Made by a program: the position numbers and the translations under genes. The notes below the pieces were generated by a model, which was not told the origin of the DNA, made no database searches, and was given only the letters and a program-made list of their open reading frames with translations. This document shows, piece by piece, positions 36,140-46,998 of a stretch of DNA of 64,000 bases; the stretch's first letter is position 1, and every line of letters begins with the position of its first letter. The stretch is from Azolla caroliniana (Eukaryota; Plantae; Polypodiophyta): assembly GCA_043228905.1 (NCBI GenBank), contig JBHGNT010000002.1, positions 24,676,001 to 24,740,000 on the forward strand, read 5' to 3'.

Positions 36140-36771
36140 AGATGTCGAGGTATTCCTCGCGGATGGGTGGAACGAGGCGGGACCTCGGGGGTCTTGTACC
36201 GAAGAGCAAGAGAGAAAAGGAGAGGGGAAGAGACCCACAAGGTGCGAACGTAGATTCCCAGGGACACGACCCTTCGACACAGAGACGCGAGTGCGATAGC
36301 GACACAGAGAGACACGAATGTATGTAAAATTATATAAACAAGACAAACAACAAGAAGCACGAAGTCGGTTACAACCGAACAGGCCGGCGAACAGATGCCG
36401 ATGCCTGTTCGTAAACGCACAGAAAGGAAAGAGTAGGTTGGAGGTGCTGCCGGAAGCACTCGGGCATTCCTCAGAGCAGCGTGAGCCTCCCGAAACCTGC
36501 ACAGAAAGGAGCTACAGAGTATGGAAGAGAGAGAAGCCTTCGGCCCGCAATCCGACAGCACTTCGTCCTCTCTATCCGCGATCCTTTCGCCGCTCCTCGT
36601 CTCCCTCCTTTTATAGGCAAGGAAGGAGCCGTTTCCCCTTTACTTCCTACCTACCGAATCTACCTGCCTAGGATCTCCTATGTACAACATAAGGCGCACG
36701 TGCATGAAGAGCCGGTTCTTATGCTACGGCGCACCGATTCCGCTTGTGGACGGTTTTCTTCACGACAACGT

Positions 36772-38821
36772 GCATGTAGCTAAGGACCGGAGAGGAAAGC
36801 TAGATCCAAAGACCCGACCATGCATATTCCTCGGTTACGGTGACGATGAGTTCGGCTACCGAGTGTGGGACCCGGTCGACAAGAAGGTATTCCGGAGTCG
36901 AGATATTATCTTCATGGAGGACAAGACGCTCGCCGACTGGGAGTCGGAGAAGAAGATAATGAACTCTGAGTCGACCGGTAAGGATAGACTCTACGATGAG
37001 CAGACCCAACCGGCAAGAGACCGGTTAGCACTCGAGGAACCAGCCGGTTACGGTGAGGATACCGAACCGGCAGAAGAAGAAGTAGAGGAAGCTGAGACCG
37101 GAACCGGCCAAGACCCCGAATCGGATTCGGATGAAGAGCAAATGGAGGAGCCGGTTACCGAAGCCCGAAGACGAAGATATCCTCTCAGAGAAAGAAGGCC
37201 CCCCCGGAGATTTCCGGATGCAAAGCATGTTATGCTGACCGATGAGGGGGAGCCGGAAAGCTTCGAAGAAGTGAAGGAAGACACCCACAGCCGAAGATGG
37301 TTAAGTGCCATGCAGGACGAGATGGATTCCCTGCATGAGAACCATACATACGAATTGGTGGAGTTGCCGAAAGGAAAGCAGGCACTCCGAAACAAGTGGG
37401 TGTACAAGTTGAAACCGAGACATGCCGGCAACCCCCCGAGATACAAAGCCAGGATCGTGGTGAAGGGGTTCCAGCAGAAGAAGGGCGTGGACTTCGACGA
37501 GATATTTGCCCCGGTAGTAAAGATGACCTCCATCCGGACAGTGCTGAGTATAGCAGCAAGCATGGACCTCGAGGTAGAGCAGCTGGACGTGAAGACGACA
37601 TTCCGTCACGGCGACCTCGAAGAGGAGATCTACATGCAGCAACCGGAAGGATTTGTGGAGAAAGGGAAGGAGCACCTGGTATGCCGGTTGAAGAAGAGCC
37701 TGTACGGACTGAAGCAGGCTCCCCGGCAATGGTACCGGAAGTTCAACTCCTTCATGACCGATCAAGGGTACCACAAGACGCAGGCCGATCACTGCGTGTT
37801 TGTGAAGAAATTCGAAGGAGGGGACTTCCTGATACTCCTCCTGTACTTGGATGACATGTTGATCGTCGGTCGAGACCAAGTAAAAATACGGATGCTGAAG
37901 AAGGCTCTCAACCGGACCTTCTCAATGAAAGACTTGGGTCCGGCAAGACAGATGCTGGGGATGCACATCATCCGTAACCGGAAAGCGAAGCAATTATGGC
38001 TGTCACAGGAGAAGTACGTGACAAAGGTGCTTCACCGGTTCAACATGTCAGATGCAAAACCGGTCGGATCGACACTTCTGGCAAACTGCAAGCTATCCAG
38101 CAAGCAAAGCCCGAAGACGAAAGGAGAGAAGGCAAATATGATGAAGATTCCATATGCCTCTGCCGTCGGGAGCTTGATGTACGCAATGGTTTGTACCCGA
38201 CCAGATATTGGATACGTAGTCGGAGTGGTGAGCCGGTTCATGAGTAATCCCGGCAAGGAGCACTGGAACGCAGTCAAATGGATACTGCGGTATATGAAGG
38301 GCACTTCAAATATGTGTCTCCGATTCGGCTCCCGAAAACCTCAACTGGACAGTTTCACCGATTCAGACATGTCGGCTGATGTGGATACTAGCCGGTCTAC
38401 ATCCGGGTATGTGATGACATATGCAGGGGGAGCTGTTTCGTGGCAGTTGAGGCTGCAAAAGACGGTTGCATTGTCAACCACAGAGGCGGAGTACATGCCG
38501 GCTGTGGAAGCCGGCAAGGAAATATTATGGATGAAGGACTTCATTGGAGAGCTCGGTATCCGGCAAGAGGAATACCGACTCTACTGCGACAGTCAAAGTG
38601 TCATCCACCTTGCTAAGAATGCAGCCTACCATTCCCGGACGAAGCATATCCAGCGGAGGTATCACTGGATCCGGGAAAGAGTAGATGACCAGGAGTTCGC
38701 ACTGACGAAGATCCACACGGCCGAGAACGGGTCAGATATGCTGACCAAAGTGCTGACACCCGACAAGCTGGACGCATGCCGGAAGAGGATCGGACTGGTA
38801 AGACACCCCATGCCGGAGTGA
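36772..38821 (+). CDS. Copia C integrase C-terminus, RT and RNase H (open frame)
   Basis: YKARIVVKGF, QLDVKT, SLYGLKQAPRQW, LYLDDML, FTDSD, STTEAEY, DMLTK. Confidence 0.93.
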
Positions 38822-39449
38822 AGGGGGAGTTTGTTGGGAGACAGGTCCCTCCGGATGGGAAGGGAGAAGAACAGTGCCGACGAACAAACTCCCGACTACG
38901 GAGAGCCGGATGGTGCAGGCCCGGTACGAACCGGATGAGGAGTACCCGGCTACAGAGAGCTGGATGGTGCAGACCCGGTATGAACCGGAGGAAGAGACAT
39001 ATTCGTAAATATGTTTCTGAGAGCCCATCGTGGCTATATTTGTAAATAGCCGAAAAGTCATATTAGTATAAATATGATTTAGGGCAAACTTTTAGTAGGT
39101 TGTTGTTATTTTTTTTTTCTCTTGTTGGTGCAAGAAGAAGAGAGAGTGCGTAACTGTACAGAGAGAGAGAGAGACGAGGTCGTTGCCTCTGTTATAACCG
39201 CCGCCTGTGGCGAAGATCGTGAGCACGAGGTTGTTGCCTCCGCGAACTCACTGTTTTGTACATTCTTACATAGTGACAGTTTGCAGCCCGTGGGCTGCCG
39301 TGGTTTTTCCCCTAGTTTGGGGTTTTCCACGTAAACCTCCTGTGTATCTTTCTCCTCTTTTTGTCGTGTTCTATTTCCCGTTTTCTGTGTATGAAAAGAA
39401 TCTCGGTTGTGGCCGAGCGTTGCGCATAAGGAACGTTGGATTTCCGTCA

Positions 39450-40334
39450 CTCCCGACCGATTTTGCCGGATCCGGATTTGTCCGAATCGGCGCGCTTCTT
39501 CCAACACTCGCTTTCCCTATGGCCCTTTTTGCCACAGTACCAACATTCCGTGTCGGCTTTTCCTTGCCGGTTCCCGGCGCCCCTTTGACTCCCCCTGCTT
39601 GTGGAGGGTCCGGAACTGCTGTCGGCACCATCTCTATGCCTCCAATCCTGCTCTTGTTGGCCGCCTCCATTGCGTGCCGACCCACCTCGTCCAACACGTC
39701 CATGGGGCTGATCTGTCTCTGTGTACAACATCCGGCCATCTGATTGAGTGGTCCTTGACCCACTCGCGTGGTTTTCTTCGAGCATCAACATCGATTGCAA
39801 GTCGAAGAAGGACATTGGTTTCTCCCGGGTGCAGATCGCTGTCCAGATTGGCCCGTACCTTTGCGCTAGACCACCGAGGAAGATTTGTATCATCTCGTCT
39901 TCGTCTATCGTGACGTTGATGGACCTGAGTGCGTCACAAATCTCCTTTATCTTGGTGGTGTAGTTAGTAACTGACATGTCTCTTTGCCGGATGTTGTTCA
40001 GCTCTTGCCGGAGCTGCAACTTACGAGCTGTGGTACTTGCGGCGAAAATATTCTGTTGATTTTCCCAGGCCTCCTTCGGCGTCTTTGAATCCTTGATGTA
40101 GCTCAGCATTTGATCATGCACACCGGACACGAGACAGTACAGTACCCGACTCGCTCCTTGCTCCCATATCGAGAAGTCTTTGTGGGACGGCTCCGGTGCT
40201 ACTTAATTTGTTCCTTCCATGAAGCTCCAATATCCATGCCCCAACAGGTATTGGTGCATTTTATATGACCAGGACGCATAGTTGCTCCGGCCAAGCTTCT
40301 CTGTTGGAAGTGAACTCGCCATTCCTCTATCCAT
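39450..40334 (-). pseudogene. Copia B gag (one internal stop)
   Basis: MASSLPTEKLGRSNYASWSYKMHQYLLGHGYW...CWYCGKKGHRESEC; continues at 27874 once C is removed. Confidence 0.92.
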
Positions 40335-40428
40335 ATCTTCTCTCTATTTGTTGTTACTGGGTTCTAGGGTTTGTCTACGGAAGTAAATGTCGGCTGCAGA
40401 GGTTCTCAACCCTCGCGCTCTGATACCA

Positions 40429-41610
40429 TGTGAATGCTAATGTGTGGAAGCGTTAGATAGAACTGGCTCAGCCGAATAGCAACAGAAAATGAGATGAAGG
40501 TTTAATGGAAAAGCTTCAAACACAGAGGAGAGAGAGAGAGCAGTGTTAGGAAATAGGTCCCTCCGGATGGGAAGTGAGAAAAATAGTGTTGATGAGAAAC
40601 TCATCCCATGCCGGAGTGAAGGGGGAGTTTGTTAGGAAACAGGTCCCTCCGGATAGGAAACCGGATGTGGAGTATCCGACTACGGAAGACCCAGTGAGAA
40701 CCGGATGAAGGAGTACCCGGCTACGGAAGACCTGGTGAGAACCGGAAGAGGAGTACCTGGCTACGGAAGACCCGGTGAGAACCAGATGAGGAGTACCCGG
40801 CAAGAGCCGGATGGTGAAGGCCCGGTGAGAAGTGCTCACCGGATGAAGGGACATATTCGTAAATATGTTTTCTGAGAGGCCATCGGGGCTATATTTGTAA
40901 ATAACCGAAAAGTCATATTACTATAAATATGACTTAGGGCAAACTTAATAATAGTTGTCATTCTTGTTGGTGCAAGACTGCAGAGTGCGTAACAGTGTAC
41001 AGAGAGAGAGAGAGAGAGAGGAAGAGGTCGTTGCCTCTGTTGTAACCGCCGCCTGTGGCGAAGATAGCAAGCTCGAGGTTGTTGCCTCGGTGCTTTACTG
41101 TTGTACATTCTGATATAGTGATAGTTTGCAGTCTGTGGGCTACCGTGGTTTTTTCCCTAGTTTGGGTTTTTCCACGTTAACATCCTGTGTACTCTTCTCT
41201 TCACTGTGTCGTGCGTTCATTACCCGTTTTCTGTGTTTGATTTTAGACTCGGTTGTGGCCGAGTGTTGTGCAAAGGGAGCGTGCATTCCTATCAAAGAAG
41301 CAGAACATAAAACTATATTCAAAAATTAACTCTAAAACTCTGTTCATACAACGTGCTAAACAACACTATTTATACAAGTCCATAAAGGACTAACAGAAGT
41401 AGTGACAGGTACTTCAATGCTCACACATGCGACTAACACTAACTATGAGACAATGATTACCTAGTAGTCTAGGTTGCTACTAGGCTTCCAGTTCCCGCTT
41501 GAATACGGCTCTCCGATCTGGCTCCCCGATCCGGCTGGTTGTTTCCGGATACCGATCCGACTCAAGCTTATTCAGCCAATCCGGATCCGGTTGAGCTTGC
41601 TCGCTCAACA
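40429..41610 (-). repeat. 5' LTR of Copia B, split by a solo LTR
   Basis: 40429-40543 and 41304-41610 are colinear with 23539-23972. Confidence 0.94.
40544..41294 (+). mobile_element. Solo LTR of a Copia related to C and E, inserted in the 5' LTR of B
   Basis: TG...CA ends; homologous to the C LTR throughout; AGCAG duplicated at 40539-40543 and 41299-41303 with 4 extra nt (aaga); internal 40-bp tandem repeat of about 3.5 copies. Confidence 0.9.
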
Positions 41611-41898
41611 ATGGGCATACCTAAACTTGTACCCATACTGTTTTGTGATAGTAAGAGTGCCATTGCATTGGTTAAAAACCCAATATACCATGCAAAGACC
41701 AAGCACATTGGAGTGTGATATCACTTCATTTGAGAATGCGTAGCTGCTGGCTACATCAGCCTTGAGAAAGTTGTCTCTCAAGAAAATGTCGCAGATACAT
41801 TGACCAAAGCTCTACCGCATGATGCACTAGAGCATTGTTGTCACTTGATGGGAATTACACATTGTTTTTGTATATTGTGTAACATACTCATCAAGTAG
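41611..41898 (+). pseudogene. Copia A RNase H C-terminal part
   Basis: LFCDSKSAIALVKNPIYHAKTKHI...ENVADTLTKAL with internal TGA stops. Confidence 0.93.
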
Positions 41899-41966
41899 GA
41901 TGTGTAGGTCTTGTTCAATCTTCCCATCGGCTTTGCGGATCCCTTTTTTGGCCTTTAGTGGGAGAT

Positions 41967-42157
41967 TGATAGTGAGAAAAGGCCAAAAAGGTAATTTGTC
42001 ACTATTAGTGCATAGGAATATAAGTCAATAGAAACGAGGGTTATCTGTGCCCCCCCAAAAAGTTGTTTTTGTCTTTTTTTCTTCTATGTGTGTGTTGTTC
42101 AACGTTTTTCTGCAGGGAAAACAGCAGCTCGTCTGCTTCCATTGCTCCTCCCCAACA
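41967..42157 (+). repeat. 3' LTR of Copia A (191 bp)
   Basis: Preceded by the PPT and followed by TSD ATGAT. Confidence 0.95.
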
Positions 42158-43042
42158 ATGATCCATATACATGAGACGATTTTTTGTGTGTATCATGCCA
42201 TTTAAGCATAAAACATTCTTGACATGTGTAACCCTGTGCACTATCATAGCACCTTGCATTATGGAGATCACGCATATTTGAAATGATGGAGATCACCCTG
42301 GGCTTTATTTGAAATGCACAATAACTTTTAAGAATATTTATGAGTTGCCTCATAATCCATGAAAGTATGCTAACATGACAATTGATTCCATGAATAGTAT
42401 GGCATCAAGGTATATTGATCCTTGGAAGTCAAATTGTAGTTTGATATGTTCTAAGGTAAACACTATTTGCAAATCAAACCTTAGAAAACTTCCCTTCCCA
42501 TCAAGACTCATTCACCACTTTTATATACAATTTCCGTTCCGAAGATAAAATAGGTTCATGGGTAACACCCCCTCTTATGTACCTAGGTTGTCAATGTTAA
42601 GCAAAATGTTATTTGTAATTATGTTTAGCCATGATTGAATTAGCACATTGTCTTAGAATGGAATAGTGCTTATGCACTCAAAATAAATGTTGAAAGCTTG
42701 AGATCAAGATTAGGAGGGACATAAAATAAGAGGGACATAGAGAGAAGGAAAAGTGCATAAGAAGAATAGAATGTAATAGATGTTTTATCATCCATTATGA
42801 GGCCAATTTTGGCCAATGGGGCCAAATCAAGATTTCATCTTGTATGTGACTACATAAGGAGAGGAGTTATTACTCTATAAAACCTCTCTATGTGATAATG
42901 ATGCATGCACACATGAGCTCACCATTCTTGGTGAACATTTGTGTATGACAATTACATTATCATGCCCACCTAACGAGTCATCTTATTCTTGCGAGTTACC
43001 TTATATGCTAACTTCTAAGCATGCAATAAGATAGTGATATTC

Positions 43043-44230
43043 TGTGCCACTACTACATCTGGAAGACAGACCCGGATGTTGCTAAGCTGGAACCCCATTG
43101 GAGGTTAAGGGTATACGGTTGTCGCCCCCTTGTCGATCTGGATTGGGACCCTGGGGATTTCAGATGGAAACATGACGATAGACTCCACCACTTCTTCGAT
43201 TACACCACTAAATTGGGTCGGACTTTGCAGCTGCAGCCATGCGGCCCCCTTCGCAATGGCTGGCGAACATTGGGCATCCCCGATGAGGCGCTCACTGCCT
43301 TTTGGAAGGGTCTTTGGCGTCTCCACATGCCTGAAAAGATTAAGCTCTTTTGGTGGCAGATCGTTCATAATGTGGTGCCCGTTGGCGAATGGTTAGATAA
43401 ACGTGGCGGCCCGTTAGGCTGCCCACTGTGCTCTCTACCTATTGAGTCTCTGAGACATTGTTTGTGGGATTGCCCTCAAGCTCAAAAGGTATGGGATAGA
43501 GTGACTCGCCTCCTTGAGGCATGTGAAGTTGAAGGAACAGCCTCGTGGAGCGCTACGGCATGGATTGATCACTCGGTCGAAGGGTGGACGGACGCCGTCA
43601 ATGCGGATAGTTGGTGCTATGTATGCACGAGAGGCAAAATCGTCAAGATCCGTTTTGAAAGAGGCTTGCAACCCGCATCCCCTAGGTTTCCGGAAATCTA
43701 GATGTTGATCGCAGGTTTCACCTTGTGGTATATATGGAAAGCGCGTTGCCTCAAGGTCTTCCAAGGTACGGTACGGCCCCCGGAGGAAATGATCATGGAC
43801 ATATGGTTCGCGCTTATCAGCTGCCTACGAGGGCAACTGGAAGAGGTTTGCAGCCACTCCAACGACGTGACCACTGCCCGTTTGCGCTTTTGGCAGAAAT
43901 GGCGGAACACACCTATGGTGATGCAAGGCGGGAGTGGCCCGAGGTGGAACTACCAGCCCCCACATTGGTTGTTTCCTACTCACCTGCCACCCTCTCTTCG
44001 GTGTAGGCCCCAAGAGCCGACTCGTACTAGGCAACATTGAAGGGCATCGCCTTGGATACAGGTAGCTTCTTACATTAAGTTAGGCCGCAAGGCAATGTAA
44101 GTGGCTCATCTTCTTTGGCTTGATCGGAGGAAGTCTCCCCGATGTGTGTATAAGTCTCCTTATAGACTCTATGTAATAATCCTTCCTAACTAATGGGAAA
44201 GTAGCTTTACTTTGAAAAAAGAAAAAGAAA
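43043..44230 (+). mobile_element. 5'-truncated L1-type LINE (1188 bp)
   Basis: 15-bp TSD aagatagtgatattc (43028-43042 and 44231-44245); A-rich tail; zf-RVT motifs KIKLFWWQIVHN and CPLCSLPIESLRHCLWDC; C-terminal RWNYQPPHWLFP. Confidence 0.95.
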
Positions 44231-44359
44231 AAGATAGTGATATTCATCCTCCACTAGGTTTTCATTGCATATCTTCATATTTGGGTGATGATGGCATGAT
44301 GGCACCTCAACACCTAGCTTGTGTGAGCGAGTCAATCAGTTTGACGAAGTGTTAAGTCT

Positions 44360-45360
44360 CGTCAAGAACCAAGGCTCATGGGGATAAAGAGATGCAATTG
44401 GATAAGTTCTAGCATTTTTATCTTGTATTGGGGCCAACATTGGTGGTTAATATTTGCAATGTAATAGTACAATTTTGACATCTTAGCATCTTCCCATTTC
44501 ATCCTTCGTGCCTCCAGTAATTTATTCTCACTTATCACATACTTCACACCATCACCGAGACTTCCAATAGATTTTTTATTCCCCATCTCTTAAACCATTT
44601 AATAAAGCACACGCCCAATTAGATGAGAGGACTTTTCACTTATTAGTTTTTTCCCGTTTTTTGTACCTTGCATCCTATGTTTCAATCTTGTTTTTGCAAT
44701 ATATGATCATGCATATTCTTGAGTTTTGTGACATACTTGTATCCTCTTTTCATGGCTAGTAACTCTATGGGTTGAGCACCTTTTTCTAATTATAGCATGA
44801 TAGTATAGGATGTTGAGGACTTTACCTCCAAATTTCTACATCATAACAAATTTAAAATTTTCTCTATTTCATTCCATGCACTTAGTGAGATATTGTAACC
44901 CAAACTTCCACTACTTAAAGCAACAGTTGGACCACCATAGCATTGAATAGCATCAACCTCATTTCCCATCCTCAAGTATCACTTTGGTTGCATTGATTCT
45001 CAAACATATAATAACCATTCCAACCCTCTTGAATCTAGACTCAGAGATTAATACTGGGATATTTGAAGCTTTCCACTACTTGTATTTGTTCTCCCTTGTG
45101 TAATAGTGGGGTACTGCCTTGGTTGTATTGCCTTTATTTCCAACATTCCTATTTTGTCCAAATTAATGGTTAGCCCATTGATTTGAAAGAATGTGTCCAA
45201 TACATCAAGTGTTGCATATCATCCAAAGTATATGAGAAAAAAAAACATCATCGACATATAGGAGTACAAAAATAAGCTCATGCATGATCTTCTGGCCATC
45301 CAATCCTTCTTCTTTTGTAACCATGTTTACAATTTCTTCAAATTGATCAATGCATAGACC
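44360..45360 (-). mobile_element. Decayed RTE-like non-LTR retrotransposon fragment 1 (RT 3' half)
   Basis: My minus-strand translation gives VLLYVDDV (about 45246-45270), QVVESFKY, YYMFENQCNQSDT and LFNAMVVQ; many stops; boundaries approximate. Confidence 0.75.
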
Positions 45361-46149
45361 AAATTGTATTACCCCTTGAGCCGAACCCCAAAGGACTGTG
45401 GATTCGGCATCGCGTTATCCTAGGCCGGTAACAACCCCCAAAGACATTTGGTAATGTACTCACCATCTTTGTGGTTTGCACTTAATTTTAAAAAGATTAT
45501 GATATTCATTGTATTTAGGTTTGTAAACATGTATATTCAACATACATAAAGACACATGTCTTGAAGCATGTTGTAGAACTTGATGAAAAGCTGAGAACTT
45601 TGTAGAGACAATTATTGAAGATGATTTAACTCAATTGAAAAGAAAGAAATGTGTTAAGGTTCCTAGCGAGTTAACCCTTATTGACTTGTCTATGAATTGT
45701 AAGAGCTTATATACGCAATGAAATTCTGAAAAATGGTTTCTTATGGTTCTCTTTCACATAGGCCTTCTTACAATTAATGTTATGTGTATAGGGCTTAAGA
45801 AATACTCAAACGGAAGGGAAAGGAAGCACACACATAGATAAGTGATATGTCTAATTAAGCATTGCAACATGCAAGTAGCCTATGGTTTGAGTATTTATTG
45901 GATCAAACTTTTACGCAAAGATGGAGTGCAGATAATGAAACCACTATTAGAGAATCATGGTTTGGTCACTTATTGAAAACTATTTGGATGTATGATGGAA
46001 TCCAACATAAGTGCATGTGTTAAACATGTTGAGAGTGCTTATAGACAATCAAACTTTGAAAAACACCATAACATCATTGATCACCTTGTCACACTTATGA
46101 GAGTTAATACCCATGTTATTAATGAGGTAAGGTTGAATATGATCAATAG

Positions 46150-46750
46150 GCCTTCTTGCCTTATATAGAACCCAACGTTCATGATTGATATTTGCAATTT
46201 AATATTTTGATTTTGTCCTTTAAGCATCTTTCCACTTCTTCCTTAGTGGGTCCATTAAGCTTTCCTCAATAACTATATATTTCGTTGCATCACTTGAAAG
46301 CTCTTCCACATACCATATCTGAACCATTTTTTGATGTCAAATACCCAACTAGATGGTAGAATTTAGCCCTCGTGATTCTTTTGTTGTTTACATCCAACAT
46401 TCCAAGCAAGATGTTGTTGATTTGACATATTCTTGACTTTGTAATGTATCTATATACTCTCTATAGTGCCAATATCTTTATAGGTCAAACACCTATTTCC
46501 AAGAGCATAATTTGATAAGAGATGGTGTATTTAACTCCCAATTGTCTCCTTAAAAACATCTTTTGAATCTTCTAAATCTCATTCCATGCATTAAGAGAGG
46601 CAGTGTCTCCCCATACTTCTACTCCATAAAGCAAAACTTCACATCCATTAAATAACCGTAATTTCACTTCACATCCATGTGTATCACTTTGGTTGCATTT
46701 ATTTTCCAACATATAATAAATTTTCCAACCAGCTTGAAGTCTAGACTCAA
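46150..46750 (-). mobile_element. Decayed RTE-like non-LTR retrotransposon fragment 2 (same family as fragment 1)
   Basis: Minus-strand VLLYGVEVWG, NAWNEI*KIQKMFLRRQLGVK and AWNVGCKQQK; DNA at 46680-46750 aligns with 44975-45045. Confidence 0.78.
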
Positions 46751-46998
46751 AGCATAGGCCACCCTCTCTCCAAACACCCCCTCCCCCCTCCCCCTAAATA
46801 AATAAATAAATAAATAAATTACAAAATAAAAAAAGAAAAAAAAGAAAAAAAAGAAAAAAATTATATTTCAAAAAAATTAAAAAGTAAAAAATATATATTT
46901 AAATTTAAATTAAAAAAGAACAAAAAACGACTATTCCCCCCTCCCCAATCATATATATAAGAGAACCCTTTTTAAAACATTAGAAGATTGCCTGAAGC

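Larger units (their letters stand above)
29829..36767 (-). mobile_element. Ty3/Gypsy non-chromovirus LTR retrotransposon D (6939 bp), innermost element
   Basis: 625-bp TG...CA LTRs at 29829-30453 and 36143-36767 (about 10 substitutions by eye), 4-bp TSD ACGT (29825-29828 and 36768-36771), PBS at 36122-36139, PPT at 30454-30466, domain order gag-PR-RT-RH-IN, no C-terminal chromodomain. Confidence 0.97.
27875..39449 (+). mobile_element. Ty1/Copia LTR retrotransposon C inserted in B just after the gag zinc knuckle (about 4.6 kb without D; internally deleted)
   Basis: LTRs at 27875-28502 and 38832-39449, TSD CTCCC (27870-27874 and 39450-39454), PBS tggtatcaaagc at 28505-28516, PPT aagggggag at 38821-38829. 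Confidence 0.97.
23539..41610 (-). mobile_element. Ty1/Copia LTR retrotransposon B inserted in RNase H of A (about 5.7 kb without inserts; decayed)
   Basis: LTRs at 23539-23972 and 40429-41610 (the latter interrupted), TSD ATGGG (23534-23538 and 41611-41615), iMet PBS at 40417-40428 (gctctgatacca on +), PPT at 23973-23983. Confidence 0.96.
15097..42157 (+). mobile_element. Ty1/Copia LTR retrotransposon A (outermost element of the nest; about 4.9 kb once the inserts are removed; decayed)
   Basis: TG...CA LTRs at 15097-15313 and 41967-42157, TSD ATGAT (15092-15096 and 42158-42162), tRNA-iMet PBS tggtatcagagc at 15315-15326, PPT agtgggagat at 41957-41966, domain order gag-PR-IN-RT-RH. Confidence 0.96.

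Noticed and set aside
30366-36327. Many overlapping + strand ORFs antisense to Gypsy D (likewise antisense to C and E)
   Set aside because: Shadow ORFs of GC-rich coding sequence with no recognisable motifs.
36100-36561. N-terminal 154 aa of the 606-aa minus-strand ORF
   Set aside because: It lies in the LTR and PBS, and the same frame is shorter in the other LTR; Gag more plausibly starts at 36099.
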